In this document: positions 8,241 through 17,075 of the stretch, piece by piece
How positions within the stretch are numbered: position 1 is the stretch's first letter
Layout: each line of letters opens with the position of its first letter
From: a bacterium
GTDB taxonomy: Bacteria; Nitrospinota_A; UBA7883; JACRGQ01
Length of the DNA stretch: 27,902 nucleotides
NCBI GenBank assembly: GCA_036244935.1
Contig: BTTC01000001.1
Span: forward strand, 1 to 27,902
Direction: 5' to 3'
Notes under the pieces: model-generated
Database searches by the model: none
What the model saw: only the letters and a program-made list of their open reading frames with translations
Told to the model about the DNA's origin: nothing
Program-made: the position numbers and the translations under genes

Positions 8241-8337
8241 CTCCCCTCGTCGGCGGCATAGGCATCCGTATCCGCGATAGATCATGCAATAAGGTTAAAA
8301 ATATTGTAGATTCTATCGGGCGGATAATATTTGTAAA

Positions 8338-10104
8338 ATGCTATGGAAGTATCTTGAAAGTCCGGTGAGGCGGAGCTGCGTCGTTGCGGAGATTACAAAG
8401 CGTAACGTGCGCGTAATCGGCCTCACAAAAAACAATGGGGGCGTTATCGTCGACGGCTTCGGCGAAGCCGCTATTGCTGCTGCGGTTGTTGTACAAAATT
8501 CTCCTTCACTGGAAACAGCGGAAGCGATAAAAAAGATCTGCGGTCAAAACCGTTTGCGGAGCAAAACGTTAATCAGCCTTACGCCCGGCGATGAAGTATT
8601 TATTCGACGGGTGGAGATGCCGAAGATGGACAAGAAAGAACTTGTGAGTTCGCTGCGTTTCAGCGAACGCGACGCTCTACCCTACCCGGTGGAATCGGCC
8701 TACATCGACGCATGGCTGCTTGATGACGCCCCGGGCGACCGTGGCCGTCGTATAAAAGGGAGGCATCCACCCCCCGAACGTTTTGATTGTCCGGGCGACC
8801 GGGGCCGTCGTATAAAAGTGTTGATGGCCGCCATGGAATATTCAGATATAAAGAGGCTTAATGAAATATTCGACGCCGCACGCCTGCGCCATACGGCAAT
8901 ATCCGCCGTGCCCGCGGCTCTTGCGGCGGTTATCGCCGAATCGAAAACTATGGATAAATCGCTTCCCGTGCCGGTGGTTTACGTTGGCGGTTCCGTAACC
9001 GGCGTTTATGTTTTCCACGAAGATTCTATTGTGTTTTCGCGCGTAATCAACATTGGAAGCGATGGTTTTAACCATGAAGCGGCAACGGGATATTCCACGC
9101 CCGAAGAAACCTTCAACCCGAATATTCTGGCGGCTGAAATTCTGGACAAACCGTACGGCGCGCCGAAGAAAGCGGCCCCTCAACCGGCGTGGCCGGAACC
9201 GGCGCGGTCGCAGCTGGATAAAATTGCAGCGGAAGTTGGTCGATCCATAGAATATTTTATGGAAGAAAACCGCGTTGATGATCTTCCTCCCATCCGGCTG
9301 GTCGGCTCCGTCGCGTTTTTGCCGTACGTTGCGAAACGGCTTGAAAACACGTTGAAATACGAATTCAGAATTTACAATCCGTTCGATGATTTCGTTACGG
9401 CCCCAAAATACGATATAAAATCTTTAAGGGAAAAAGGGCCCGAACTCACAGTTTTGATCGGCGCGGCGCTTGACCGGGGCCGCAGGCTTAACCTGCTGCC
9501 CGTACAGTCGCGTCATTCTTTCAAAACGGTAATCAGACGAATAATACCTTTCGCGGCGGCGGCGGGATACCTGCTATTCCTGTTATTGCTGCATAATGCC
9601 GGATCGCGCTATCTAAAAAATCTTGAAAGCCGGATAGCCGATATGGAAAACGTTACCTCAAATATACAGACGGAAAAAACGGCGGGATTTTTAATCGAAA
9701 ACGAGACCGCAAAACTCGCAAGCCGGATCAGTACCGTAAAGGCGCGGATGAAGATATATCCCGAATTGAATGGGAACTCGATCGACTGGAAAGACCTCCA
9801 TAAAGAGATCGGCGATTTACTGCCCTCCGGTATCGCGCTTGAGGAGATCCAGATTTCCTTCAGGAATCCACAGGAACGCGAGGCGGATGGAAACGCATAT
9901 TCAGGGCAAATTGTTTTAAGGGGAAAAGTACGCGGCAGCCCCAACCGGCAGTTGCGCGGTTTGCGGTCATTCCTTGAAAAAATGCGGGCATCCCCGTGGT
10001 TCGAACGCGCTTCGCTTTTGTCGTCCATACGGAAGGATCGTCCGGGAAATAAAATGGGAACGCTGCTTTTTTTCACCATGACCGCGGATTTGAAAGGGAG
10101 ATGA
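8338..10104 (+). CDS. Fused PilM (actin-like) + PilN-like type IV pilus / T2SS alignment protein
   Basis: PilM-like motifs VFIRRVEMPKM, LPYPVESAYID, VFSRVINIGSD, EVGRSIEYF and IYNPF, then RLNLLP + TM + coiled coil + ferredoxin-like PilN-type C-terminus (IGDLLPSGIAL...IVLRG...FLEKMRASPWF). Confidence 0.8.
   Translation: MLWKYLESPVRRSCVVAEITKRNVRVIGLTKNNGGVIVDGFGEAAIAAAVVVQNSPSLETAEAIKKICGQNRLRSKTLISLTPGDEVFIRRVEMPKMDKKELVSSLRFSERDALPYPVESAYIDAWLLDDAPGDRGRRIKGRHPPPERFDCPGDRGRRIKVLMAAMEYSDIKRLNEIFDAARLRHTAISAVPAALAAVIAESKTMDKSLPVPVVYVGGSVTGVYVFHEDSIVFSRVINIGSDGFNHEAATGYSTPEETFNPNILAAEILDKPYGAPKKAAPQPAWPEPARSQLDKIAAEVGRSIEYFMEENRVDDLPPIRLVGSVAFLPYVAKRLENTLKYEFRIYNPFDDFVTAPKYDIKSLREKGPELTVLIGAALDRGRRLNLLPVQSRHSFKTVIRRIIPFAAAAGYLLFLLLLHNAGSRYLKNLESRIADMENVTSNIQTEKTAGFLIENETAKLASRISTVKARMKIYPELNGNSIDWKDLHKEIGDLLPSGIALEEIQISFRNPQEREADGNAYSGQIVLRGKVRGSPNRQLRGLRSFLEKMRASPWFERASLLSSIRKDRPGNKMGTLLFFTMTADLKGR
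8731..8818 (+). repeat. In-frame 28-bp direct repeat pair around a 32-bp unique insert inside the PilM-like CDS
   Basis: 8731-8758 vs 8791-8818 differ at 1 base; the protein reads PGDRGRRIK-GRHPPPERFDC-PGDRGRRIK. Confidence 0.9.
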
Positions 10105-10760
10105 TGACAAAAATAGTTAAAAACCGGCTGTACAACCTGTCATCGCGCGAAAAGAATCTGATGATTTTAACGGGAGCGGTTGCGTTTACGTATTTGGTTT
10201 ACGCCGCTTTTTTTCAGTCGCAGTTTGCGGAGACAAGACACGCGCAAAAAACGCTGTCCGCTCTCAATACAACCATCCAGATGGCGGAAGAAAAGCGCGG
10301 CGAACTTTTGGAAACAACGATAAAACTGCAGCAGGCGCAAAAAGAGCTTAAAGAATATGAGCGCAAGGAAAAAAAACTGAAAGAAAACCTCATGGCGCGC
10401 GATCATATCGGCAGCGTGCTGAAAAGCCTTGAGATGACCGCCCGGCAGATGCCCATACGGCTGCTTGAACTGAATTCCAATACCGTAATGGTGGAAAAAA
10501 AATCGGATGAGTACGGCGGCGATGCGGACAAGGTTAATATCCGTTACGTAAAAAACGAAATCAAACTGAAATACCGCTCGCAATACTCCTCCGGCGTCGA
10601 CTACCTCGCAAAACTGCTTGAACTGCCGTATGCCGTATCAATCCTGTCGGTGAAGATGTTTTCTTCAAACGGCTCCGAAAGGAAAGCCGGCAGGGAAGCA
10701 GGTTCAAAAACAGCGCGCGGCGTCATATCCGTCATAGAGATGGAGATATACTCACGGTGA
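10101..10760 (+). CDS. PilO/GspM-like inner-membrane assembly protein
   Basis: LSSREKNLM + TM + coiled coil + predicted alpha/beta C-terminal domain. It overlaps the upstream stop (ATGA) and sits in the PilO position. Confidence 0.6.
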   Translation: MMTKIVKNRLYNLSSREKNLMILTGAVAFTYLVYAAFFQSQFAETRHAQKTLSALNTTIQMAEEKRGELLETTIKLQQAQKELKEYERKEKKLKENLMARDHIGSVLKSLEMTARQMPIRLLELNSNTVMVEKKSDEYGGDADKVNIRYVKNEIKLKYRSQYSSGVDYLAKLLELPYAVSILSVKMFSSNGSERKAGREAGSKTARGVISVIEMEIYSR

Positions 10761-11077
10761 TTGCGCGCATCTTCTTGGTACTTTCCCTATCTGCGGGCGT
10801 AAGTAATTCCTCGTATGGCACGGAAATTGACCTTTCAAAACTGCGCAACCCTTTTGAGTTCGGCAAAGCAAGGCCGGCGGTAAAGAAAAGGAAAATGCAA
10901 AAAAAGAAAAAAATAGCGGGGATGATAATAATAAAGGGGGACCAGACAGTGGCGATGATAAACGGAAAAACTTACCGGGTTGGCGATACCTTCGACGGAT
11001 CACAAATAATATCAATAAGTTTAGAGTTTCTGGAACTTTCTTCAGAAATCTCCGAAAAGAGGATATACCTGAAATGA
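10757..11077 (+). CDS. Small PilP/GspC-like protein
   Basis: Signal peptide, LRNPFEF (RDPF-like), and GMIII...AMINGKTYRVGDTFDGSQIISIS beta-sandwich pattern; located between the PilO-like and secretin genes. Confidence 0.6.
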   Translation: MIARIFLVLSLSAGVSNSSYGTEIDLSKLRNPFEFGKARPAVKKRKMQKKKKIAGMIIIKGDQTVAMINGKTYRVGDTFDGSQIISISLEFLELSSEISEKRIYLK

Positions 11078-12624
11078 CCCTGCATTATATTTCCGTACGT
11101 TTTGTTGGCGGATTACTTTTGGCGCTTTTGGCCGGTTCGTGCGCCAGTGTAAATCAGGGTACAAAACCTGCTGCCGAACCTACAAAAAACAAGGGGAAAC
11201 TTTACGCATCTGCGGACAAAAGCCGTCCCGCACCCGAAGAACCGGCAGTCGGCCAAGTACAAAAATTTCAGTTAAAGAAACCCGCCAACCACCCGGCTGC
11301 GCAAGAACCGATACCAAAAGAAAATCTTTACTCGGTAAACTTCAGGGAAATCAAACTGGGTTCGGTAATAAGGATGCTGAGCGACGGCGGAAAAAATTTC
11401 CGTTACATACTGTACCCCGATGCGGCTGGGCGGAAGGTTTCCGATTTAAAACTTGAGGGCATAACATGGCGTGAAGCGCTTGATGTCGTCATCAGGCTTT
11501 ACAACCTCACGGAAGAAAAGAAAAACGGCCTTATTATCATCAACACGCGCGACGGCTTCGTGAAGGATAAGGAGTTTGAGGCGCAGCGCGCCAAGCTGCG
11601 GTTCGCCGGTATGAGGAGGTCGCGTTCCTTCCGGCTCAAATACACGCAGCCCGACGAAGTGAAGAAATATCTGGGGAAGATGTTCCGCGAAGAAAACCGT
11701 TATGGCGGCGGCAAATCAGGATCGGCATCCAACTCAAGGACGGATTTGGGCAATATCACGTTCAGCGTTTTCCCGAAGGCTTCCATGATTACCGCTTACG
11801 GCCCGCAATCCATGCTGGACGAGGTGGAAAAACGGATCGCGGAAATAGACGTGCCTCAAAAACAGATATTCATAGAATCGCGGATTGTGGATATTTCAAG
11901 AAACCACTCCCGCTCGCTGGGGATTCAATGGGGAGGATACCACAACGCCAGCAATCAATTCCCTTATTCAGGGTCCGTTAATCTTTCGGGCAGCGCGGAT
12001 ACCGCGTCGGACGCAACCTTCGGATACATTGTCAACCAACCCGCCACGGACCAAACTCAGTCCGGCGTTATTTCCACGGCCCTCAACATAGCGGTGCAGG
12101 ATATTACGGGAACAAAACTGCTCAACATGAGACTTTCCGCTCTTGAGCGGGCGGGTAAAAGCAAAACTCTTTCAAACCCCAAAGTGACGACGATCAACGG
12201 CGTAAAGGCGAAAATAGAAAGCGGCAGGGAAATACCCTACCAGACCACCTCCCAATACGGTACGCAGACCCAGTTCAAAAAGGCGGTAATATCGCTTGAG
12301 GTAACGCCGTTCATAACGCCCGACAACCGGATAAACCTGAAGATAATAGCAAAAAAGCAGGACGCCGATTTCATTAACCAGGTTCAGGACGTACCTTCGA
12401 TCCTGACCCGCACCATAGAAACAAACATTGTCGTGTCCGACGGCGGCACCGCAGTTTTGGGCGGCCTGTTTGAAAACGTTAAGACGAACAGCGATACGGG
12501 AACGCCCGGACTTTCCAGAATCCCCATCATCGGCTGGCTTTTCAAAAGCAACGATAAAACGGATAACGAAAAGGAGTTCCTGATATTCATAACGCCGAAA
12601 ATAATTGATGGAAACATATCGTAA
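11074..12624 (+). CDS. pilQ: PilQ-family outer-membrane secretin with lipoprotein signal
   Basis: N0- and N3-like domains, QIFIESRIVDISRNHSRSLGIQW, LSNPKVTTING, ISLEVTPFIT, PGLSRIPIIGWLFKS and EFLIFITPKII. Lipobox LAGSC at Cys23. Confidence 0.88.
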   Translation: MTLHYISVRFVGGLLLALLAGSCASVNQGTKPAAEPTKNKGKLYASADKSRPAPEEPAVGQVQKFQLKKPANHPAAQEPIPKENLYSVNFREIKLGSVIRMLSDGGKNFRYILYPDAAGRKVSDLKLEGITWREALDVVIRLYNLTEEKKNGLIIINTRDGFVKDKEFEAQRAKLRFAGMRRSRSFRLKYTQPDEVKKYLGKMFREENRYGGGKSGSASNSRTDLGNITFSVFPKASMITAYGPQSMLDEVEKRIAEIDVPQKQIFIESRIVDISRNHSRSLGIQWGGYHNASNQFPYSGSVNLSGSADTASDATFGYIVNQPATDQTQSGVISTALNIAVQDITGTKLLNMRLSALERAGKSKTLSNPKVTTINGVKAKIESGREIPYQTTSQYGTQTQFKKAVISLEVTPFITPDNRINLKIIAKKQDADFINQVQDVPSILTRTIETNIVVSDGGTAVLGGLFENVKTNSDTGTPGLSRIPIIGWLFKSNDKTDNEKEFLIFITPKIIDGNIS

Positions 12625-12775
12625 CGTAAACCACCACATAATTTCGTTACCCCTCACGGCCTGCATGATGATATTATCTAAAAGAACCGGCGGGTAAATG
12701 AAATAAAACACTGGTTTACCAGTTGGATATTTAACCGGTACGGCTCTTGTTACAGCCGGTTGCGCGCTATGAAAC

Positions 12776-13564
12776 GTGGAGGATTCTTTTAAAGTGGCGG
12801 AAAACGAACAAACCCAGACAAGTCAAAAAGCCGACAACGACGGCGTGAAAGTTACTCCCCTGTCACTGCCGCTGGATAAGGATACGACGACGCTGCCGAA
12901 CATATCGAGCATAAACGACGTGGACGACGCAACGCCGCAACAGGCGGAATCCAGGCCGAAGCGGGTATCTCAAAAGGAGTTCATCGAAAAGGTTTTAAAA
13001 CGCGTTGAAGAACGGATATCACAACGGCGCGGGCGGCGCAGTTGGCTCCCGGGTTTTTGGATAGTTTTTTTAACGCTTTTTCTGGCTCCGTTTTTCTTTC
13101 GGGCCGGAAACGACATCTACGATACGCTCAGATCAAAACTCTCTTTTTACATGGGAAGTTACGGGTTGTTTTACAAGCCTGATTCCGCAAAAAACTCGAC
13201 GGTAAATACCGTGACGGATGGAACAATCGCCGAGAACCTCAACGAGCTGATAAAACAACAGCAAAAAATCATGAAAAACTATCCCCGCAAGGTTATTGTC
13301 ATTCATCCAGAACGTATGGGCGTATTTTCCCTCAAAAGGGAAAAGAAAAGACTATACGAACTGAGTGGACTGGACATCGACGATCCCGTAAAAGGCTCGG
13401 ACATAATAGAAAAAATCAATTCGGTAGAAATTCTCGTGCTTATGATGGAATCGTTTGACCGCATCATAGATAATGCAAAAGGAGAATCGGTTTCAAAGTT
13501 CCATATTAAAAACGCTGTCGAGGGAAAACGAAAGGCGATAAAAAGGATACGGAAACTCAGATAA
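12776..13564 (+). CDS. Hypothetical single-TM membrane protein
   Basis: Long ORF with acidic/polar N-terminus, basic patch + TM (WLPGFWIVFLTLFLAPFFF), and a globular C-terminus. No family confidently recognised. Confidence 0.65.
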   Translation: MEDSFKVAENEQTQTSQKADNDGVKVTPLSLPLDKDTTTLPNISSINDVDDATPQQAESRPKRVSQKEFIEKVLKRVEERISQRRGRRSWLPGFWIVFLTLFLAPFFFRAGNDIYDTLRSKLSFYMGSYGLFYKPDSAKNSTVNTVTDGTIAENLNELIKQQQKIMKNYPRKVIVIHPERMGVFSLKREKKRLYELSGLDIDDPVKGSDIIEKINSVEILVLMMESFDRIIDNAKGESVSKFHIKNAVEGKRKAIKRIRKLR

Positions 13565-13641
13565 CTCCCGGCATAGCGGATTTCAACTCCGTTTATATAT
13601 AAGGTTCATGGCCCAAAAAACCGGTTTCATGCAAAAGGAAC

Positions 13642-14406
13642 ATGAAGAAAACCTTCACCGAAAATTTTTTTATTGTCTTCATGGCCTTTCTTATCCTTGC
13701 GGTTTTCTATAGTAAAGTGCGGCGGCAATCCGCGCAGGCCAACCTTAAAACGGGCATCGTACTTAACGAAAAAAATTCCCTTGCGGCAATAGAGGTGCTG
13801 CAAAACGGGATTAAAAAAAACCCTGACCACTATCTTCTGTATCTGAACCTTGCAAAAAGTCTGCAAAAAAAGGCTTTCGCCGAACTTGCGGAAGGCAAGG
13901 ACGCGAAAATGACGCTGCTCGAAGCGCGCCGGAATCTTAAACGCGCGCTGGCGCTGCGCTTCGACGGCGCCGCTCACCAACTTCTTGGATATAACTACGA
14001 GTTGGAAGGAAAGATCAATTCCGCCTTGGCGCATTACAACATAAGTTTTTTCTTTTCGCAAAATGAAAGCGGGCTTGAGCGGTGGGAAGGATTGCGCGAA
14101 CGCCAGTCGAAAGCGGCGGAAAAGTTCTTCCGGTTTAATTCCACCGGCATAGCATTGATAATGGTCTATAATGCCGTCTCTGGATATAAACGTGAACCGG
14201 CCAGAACCCCTGCGGAAGTCTTTATAAAAAAATTCTTTCTTTCCACGCCGCCGGACGAGTGGTTGTCGATCGAGCCGGAAAAAGGCAATCGGAATCTTAA
14301 AAAACTTTTCCTTACTCTGAAAGAGGGCGAAAGAAAAAATCTTAACCGCGCCTTTGAAAATGCCGGGTTCGGGTTCCTTGCGCGTTTTTTGGATTCCTCC
14401 GCATAA
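13642..14406 (+). CDS. Membrane-anchored TPR-like protein
   Basis: N-terminal TM followed by helical repeats with TPR-like patterns (AIEVLQNGIKKNPDHYLLYLNLAKSL; ARRNLKRALAL...AHQLLGYNYELEGKINSALAHY). Confidence 0.65.
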   Translation: MKKTFTENFFIVFMAFLILAVFYSKVRRQSAQANLKTGIVLNEKNSLAAIEVLQNGIKKNPDHYLLYLNLAKSLQKKAFAELAEGKDAKMTLLEARRNLKRALALRFDGAAHQLLGYNYELEGKINSALAHYNISFFFSQNESGLERWEGLRERQSKAAEKFFRFNSTGIALIMVYNAVSGYKREPARTPAEVFIKKFFLSTPPDEWLSIEPEKGNRNLKKLFLTLKEGERKNLNRAFENAGFGFLARFLDSSA

Positions 14407-15729
14407 ATGCTGAACTACCGGCGGATTCACGACTACCTTCTGATGTTCCTGCTTGCCGCGTCGCCGCTGCTTTATTTCCCGCACGGCGCGGAGCCGTTCA
14501 GACCTCTGCGCGAGGCGCTGTTTCAAATGGTGATGACTTTAATAATGGTTTTATTCGTGCTGCGGGGCTGGAGATGGAAAAACGAACATGAAAATAAAAA
14601 AATCGTACTCCCCAAAGCGGTCCACACGCTTATAAGCATTTATGGGGTTTCCGTTATCGCAGTTATGCTTTCCGGACTTGTAAACGAACCGAGGGGATTG
14701 AACTCTTTCTTCAACTATATGTGCGGCGGCATACTTTTTTTCGCATTCCTCGATTCGTTTTCAAGAGGCCGTGTAGATAGATGGATAGCCGTCCCGTCGG
14801 TTGCGGTTTTCATAAACGGAGCGTACGCCTTCATGCAGTTTTTCGGATTCGACCCGCTGTTTTTTCCGCTTGACGGCGAAAATGTTTACCGGCCTTATCT
14901 CGTGGCCGGTTTCATGGACAGCCCGAACATGCTTGCGCCGCTGCTGGCGTCGTTTGCGCCGTATTTTTTCTGCCGGTGGTTGGCGGCGGAATCCGCAAAG
15001 AACTTATTCCTCTTCACCGCCGGGCTGGTTATTCTGGTTGCGCCGATAGCTATGACGAAAAACGTCGCGGGTTGGCTTGGACTTTTAACGGTCATTTCAG
15101 TTTTGCTGATTTACTTTTCCGCGCACGAATACCGGCATAAGGCAGGACGGTTTTGGCGTCTTGCCGCCTGCTGGACGTGCGTTGCGGTTTTAACCATTGG
15201 AGGGATAACAACCTACCGGCTTGCCGGCAAAAACATAAAGGTTTTAAAAATTCGATCAGTCAATGAGCGGATAACGCAAAACCGCGCGGCGTGGATGATG
15301 TTTATGGAATCGCCGTTACTCGGCAATGGACAAGGCTTTTTTTACCGCCACTTCGTGGAGTACCGGCGGGCGGTCTGGTTCGTCAATCATCCTTCCCATA
15401 TACCCGAACGCGAAGCGCACGAGGTTCATAACGACTACGTTCAGCTTTTGGCCGAAGGCGGTCTTCTTACCGCCTTGCCGCTGGCGGCCATTTTGTTATG
15501 GTTTTGGGGATCGCAGTTTGTGTTTTTTAAAAAAAGTTTTCACCAGCTTAAGCATTCCGGGCTTGACCTGGCTGCAATCGGCGCGGCGGGAGGGTTTTGG
15601 ACAATTGCCGTAAACGCCCTGGGGAACTTTCCTTTTCATATCGTACCGCTTGCCGTAACGGCGATCTTCTGGGCGGCGGCGGCTTATCATGCAATACGTG
15701 AAATCTCTTACGGCGAATCGAATCATTGA
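14407..15729 (+). CDS. O-antigen ligase / O-oligosaccharyltransferase (Wzy_C) family protein
   Basis: Polytopic membrane protein with the Wzy_C signature R...W...F.ESPLLG.G.G.F and HNDYVQLLAEGG, plus GFMDSPNMLAP. Confidence 0.85.
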   Translation: MLNYRRIHDYLLMFLLAASPLLYFPHGAEPFRPLREALFQMVMTLIMVLFVLRGWRWKNEHENKKIVLPKAVHTLISIYGVSVIAVMLSGLVNEPRGLNSFFNYMCGGILFFAFLDSFSRGRVDRWIAVPSVAVFINGAYAFMQFFGFDPLFFPLDGENVYRPYLVAGFMDSPNMLAPLLASFAPYFFCRWLAAESAKNLFLFTAGLVILVAPIAMTKNVAGWLGLLTVISVLLIYFSAHEYRHKAGRFWRLAACWTCVAVLTIGGITTYRLAGKNIKVLKIRSVNERITQNRAAWMMFMESPLLGNGQGFFYRHFVEYRRAVWFVNHPSHIPEREAHEVHNDYVQLLAEGGLLTALPLAAILLWFWGSQFVFFKKSFHQLKHSGLDLAAIGAAGGFWTIAVNALGNFPFHIVPLAVTAIFWAAAAYHAIREISYGESNH

Positions 15730-15872
15730 CGCTTTACCATGTAAAAAAAACTTCCGAAAAGATTAGTATGTATGCTGTGTCTAATGTCGCGTACCCCGGC
15801 CACAAGGTGGCAGGAGATGTCACCGTACCTCCGGGCGTTAAGAAATAACCCGATGAACTTCGAGACGGCGCC

Positions 15873-16934
15873 GTGAACTGGATTATCTATACCGCGTCCT
15901 TCCTTGCCGCGTTGGCCATGTCGTGGTTTATTGTAGCGCGGCTGCCGCGTCTTATGGAGAAAAGAGGCATCTACGATAAAAAATCGCTGCCGCGCCGCGT
16001 ACCCACGGCGGGCGGGCTTGCGATAGCCGTCCCGTTTCTGGCCGTTGTAATTTTTTCGATAATCGCCGATCCCTTTCCTACTGGTCTGCCGCAAAAAGCC
16101 CTTGCGGGACTTTTCGTATCGGCCACGCTGATAGCGTTACTAGGCCTTTATGACGACGTACGCAACGCCTCTCCCATTATGAAGATTTCCGTTCAGGCCG
16201 CCGCCGGAATAATACTCGTCGCGGCAGGCGTAAAGATGGATTTAATCACCAACCCCCTCGCGTCGCCCATACAACCGGGGATATGGGGGAATCTTCTGCT
16301 TATCCTTTGGCTTATCGTTATTACTAACGCCATTAACCTGATAGACGGCATCGACGGCCTTGCGGCGGGTATCTGCCTTATTTCGTCCGTCACGATCTTT
16401 GCCGTGGCCGTCGTCTTCGGCGAGACTATTCTGGCCTTGCTCGCGGCGGCGCTGGCCGGAGCTCTATTCGGTTTCATACGGCTCAACCTGCCGCCCGCCA
16501 GAATTTTTCTGGGTGATACCGGATCGCTGTTTCTGGGGTTCGTACTGGCGGCGATTTCGGTTATCGAAAGACGCAAAGGAACGGTAACGGTAACGCTGCT
16601 GGTACCGCTGCTGGTAATGGCCGTGCCTTTGATGGATACGCTCCTTGTATTTTTCCGCCGCATCGTCAGCGGGCAAAACCCGATGATCGGCGACAAGCGG
16701 CATCTGCACCACAGACTAATTAAACTTGGCTTTACGCCCGTGCAGGTCAACTACATGCTTTATCTCTTTTCGATATACCTCGGCGTAACCGCCGTTGTCC
16801 TTTCGTTTTTTCCAAAGGAAACCGCAATGGTAGTTCTGGTGCTGCTTGCCGTGGGGATACTTCTGGGGCTTGAACTGCTGCGGCATATCGAGCTTGAAGA
16901 AAGCGCAGCCACCGCCGGGGACGCGGAAGAATAG
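15873..16934 (+). CDS. Undecaprenyl-phosphate GlcNAc-1-phosphate transferase (WecA/TagO, glycosyltransferase family 4)
   Basis: PTAGGLAI, LGLYDD, ITNAINLIDGIDGLA, IFLGDTGSLFLG and DKRHLHHRL (the HHH-like motif of WecA/TagO rather than MraY). Confidence 0.9.
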   Translation: MNWIIYTASFLAALAMSWFIVARLPRLMEKRGIYDKKSLPRRVPTAGGLAIAVPFLAVVIFSIIADPFPTGLPQKALAGLFVSATLIALLGLYDDVRNASPIMKISVQAAAGIILVAAGVKMDLITNPLASPIQPGIWGNLLLILWLIVITNAINLIDGIDGLAAGICLISSVTIFAVAVVFGETILALLAAALAGALFGFIRLNLPPARIFLGDTGSLFLGFVLAAISVIERRKGTVTVTLLVPLLVMAVPLMDTLLVFFRRIVSGQNPMIGDKRHLHHRLIKLGFTPVQVNYMLYLFSIYLGVTAVVLSFFPKETAMVVLVLLAVGILLGLELLRHIELEESAATAGDAEE

Positions 16935-17034
16935 GAATTTTTATTCATACCGCAGTAAATTTCATCCGGGATTTAATAATAGGGAAGTCCTGAAAAACCA
17001 TGTTCACAATGTTGTTTGCGACGATTACCATGTT

Positions 17035-17070
17035 CCCCTCCTTTTCACAAGGATGGGACGAAGGGGTGGT
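17035..17070. repeat. Short purine/pyrimidine-block hairpin repeat
   Basis: cccctcctt...aaggatggg stem (8/9) followed by aggggtggtt; same style as the CCCCTCC...GGAGGGG hairpins inside the MITEs. Confidence 0.45.
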
Positions 17071-17075
17071 TTACA

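Noticed and set aside
8731-8818. Functional CRISPR mini-array
   Set aside because: Only two repeats, inside an intact CDS, with no leader and no similarity to known repeat families; kept only as a possible off-target integration scar.
13627-14526. 299-aa antisense ORF and other long shadow ORFs (e.g. 1331-2002, 2943-3617, 6592-7164, 18216-18752)
   Set aside because: They overlap well-supported genes on the opposite strand or frame and have no recognisable domains; expected from codon bias.
15795-15835. Riboswitch or structured leader upstream of wecA
   Set aside because: Only two short stems (gccac/gtggc, ggag/ctcc) in a single copy; no known aptamer motif or ops/JUMPStart sequence.
15873-16934. 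mraY
   Set aside because: It has the HHH-type DKRHLHH motif and context of WecA/TagO, and is not in a dcw cluster.
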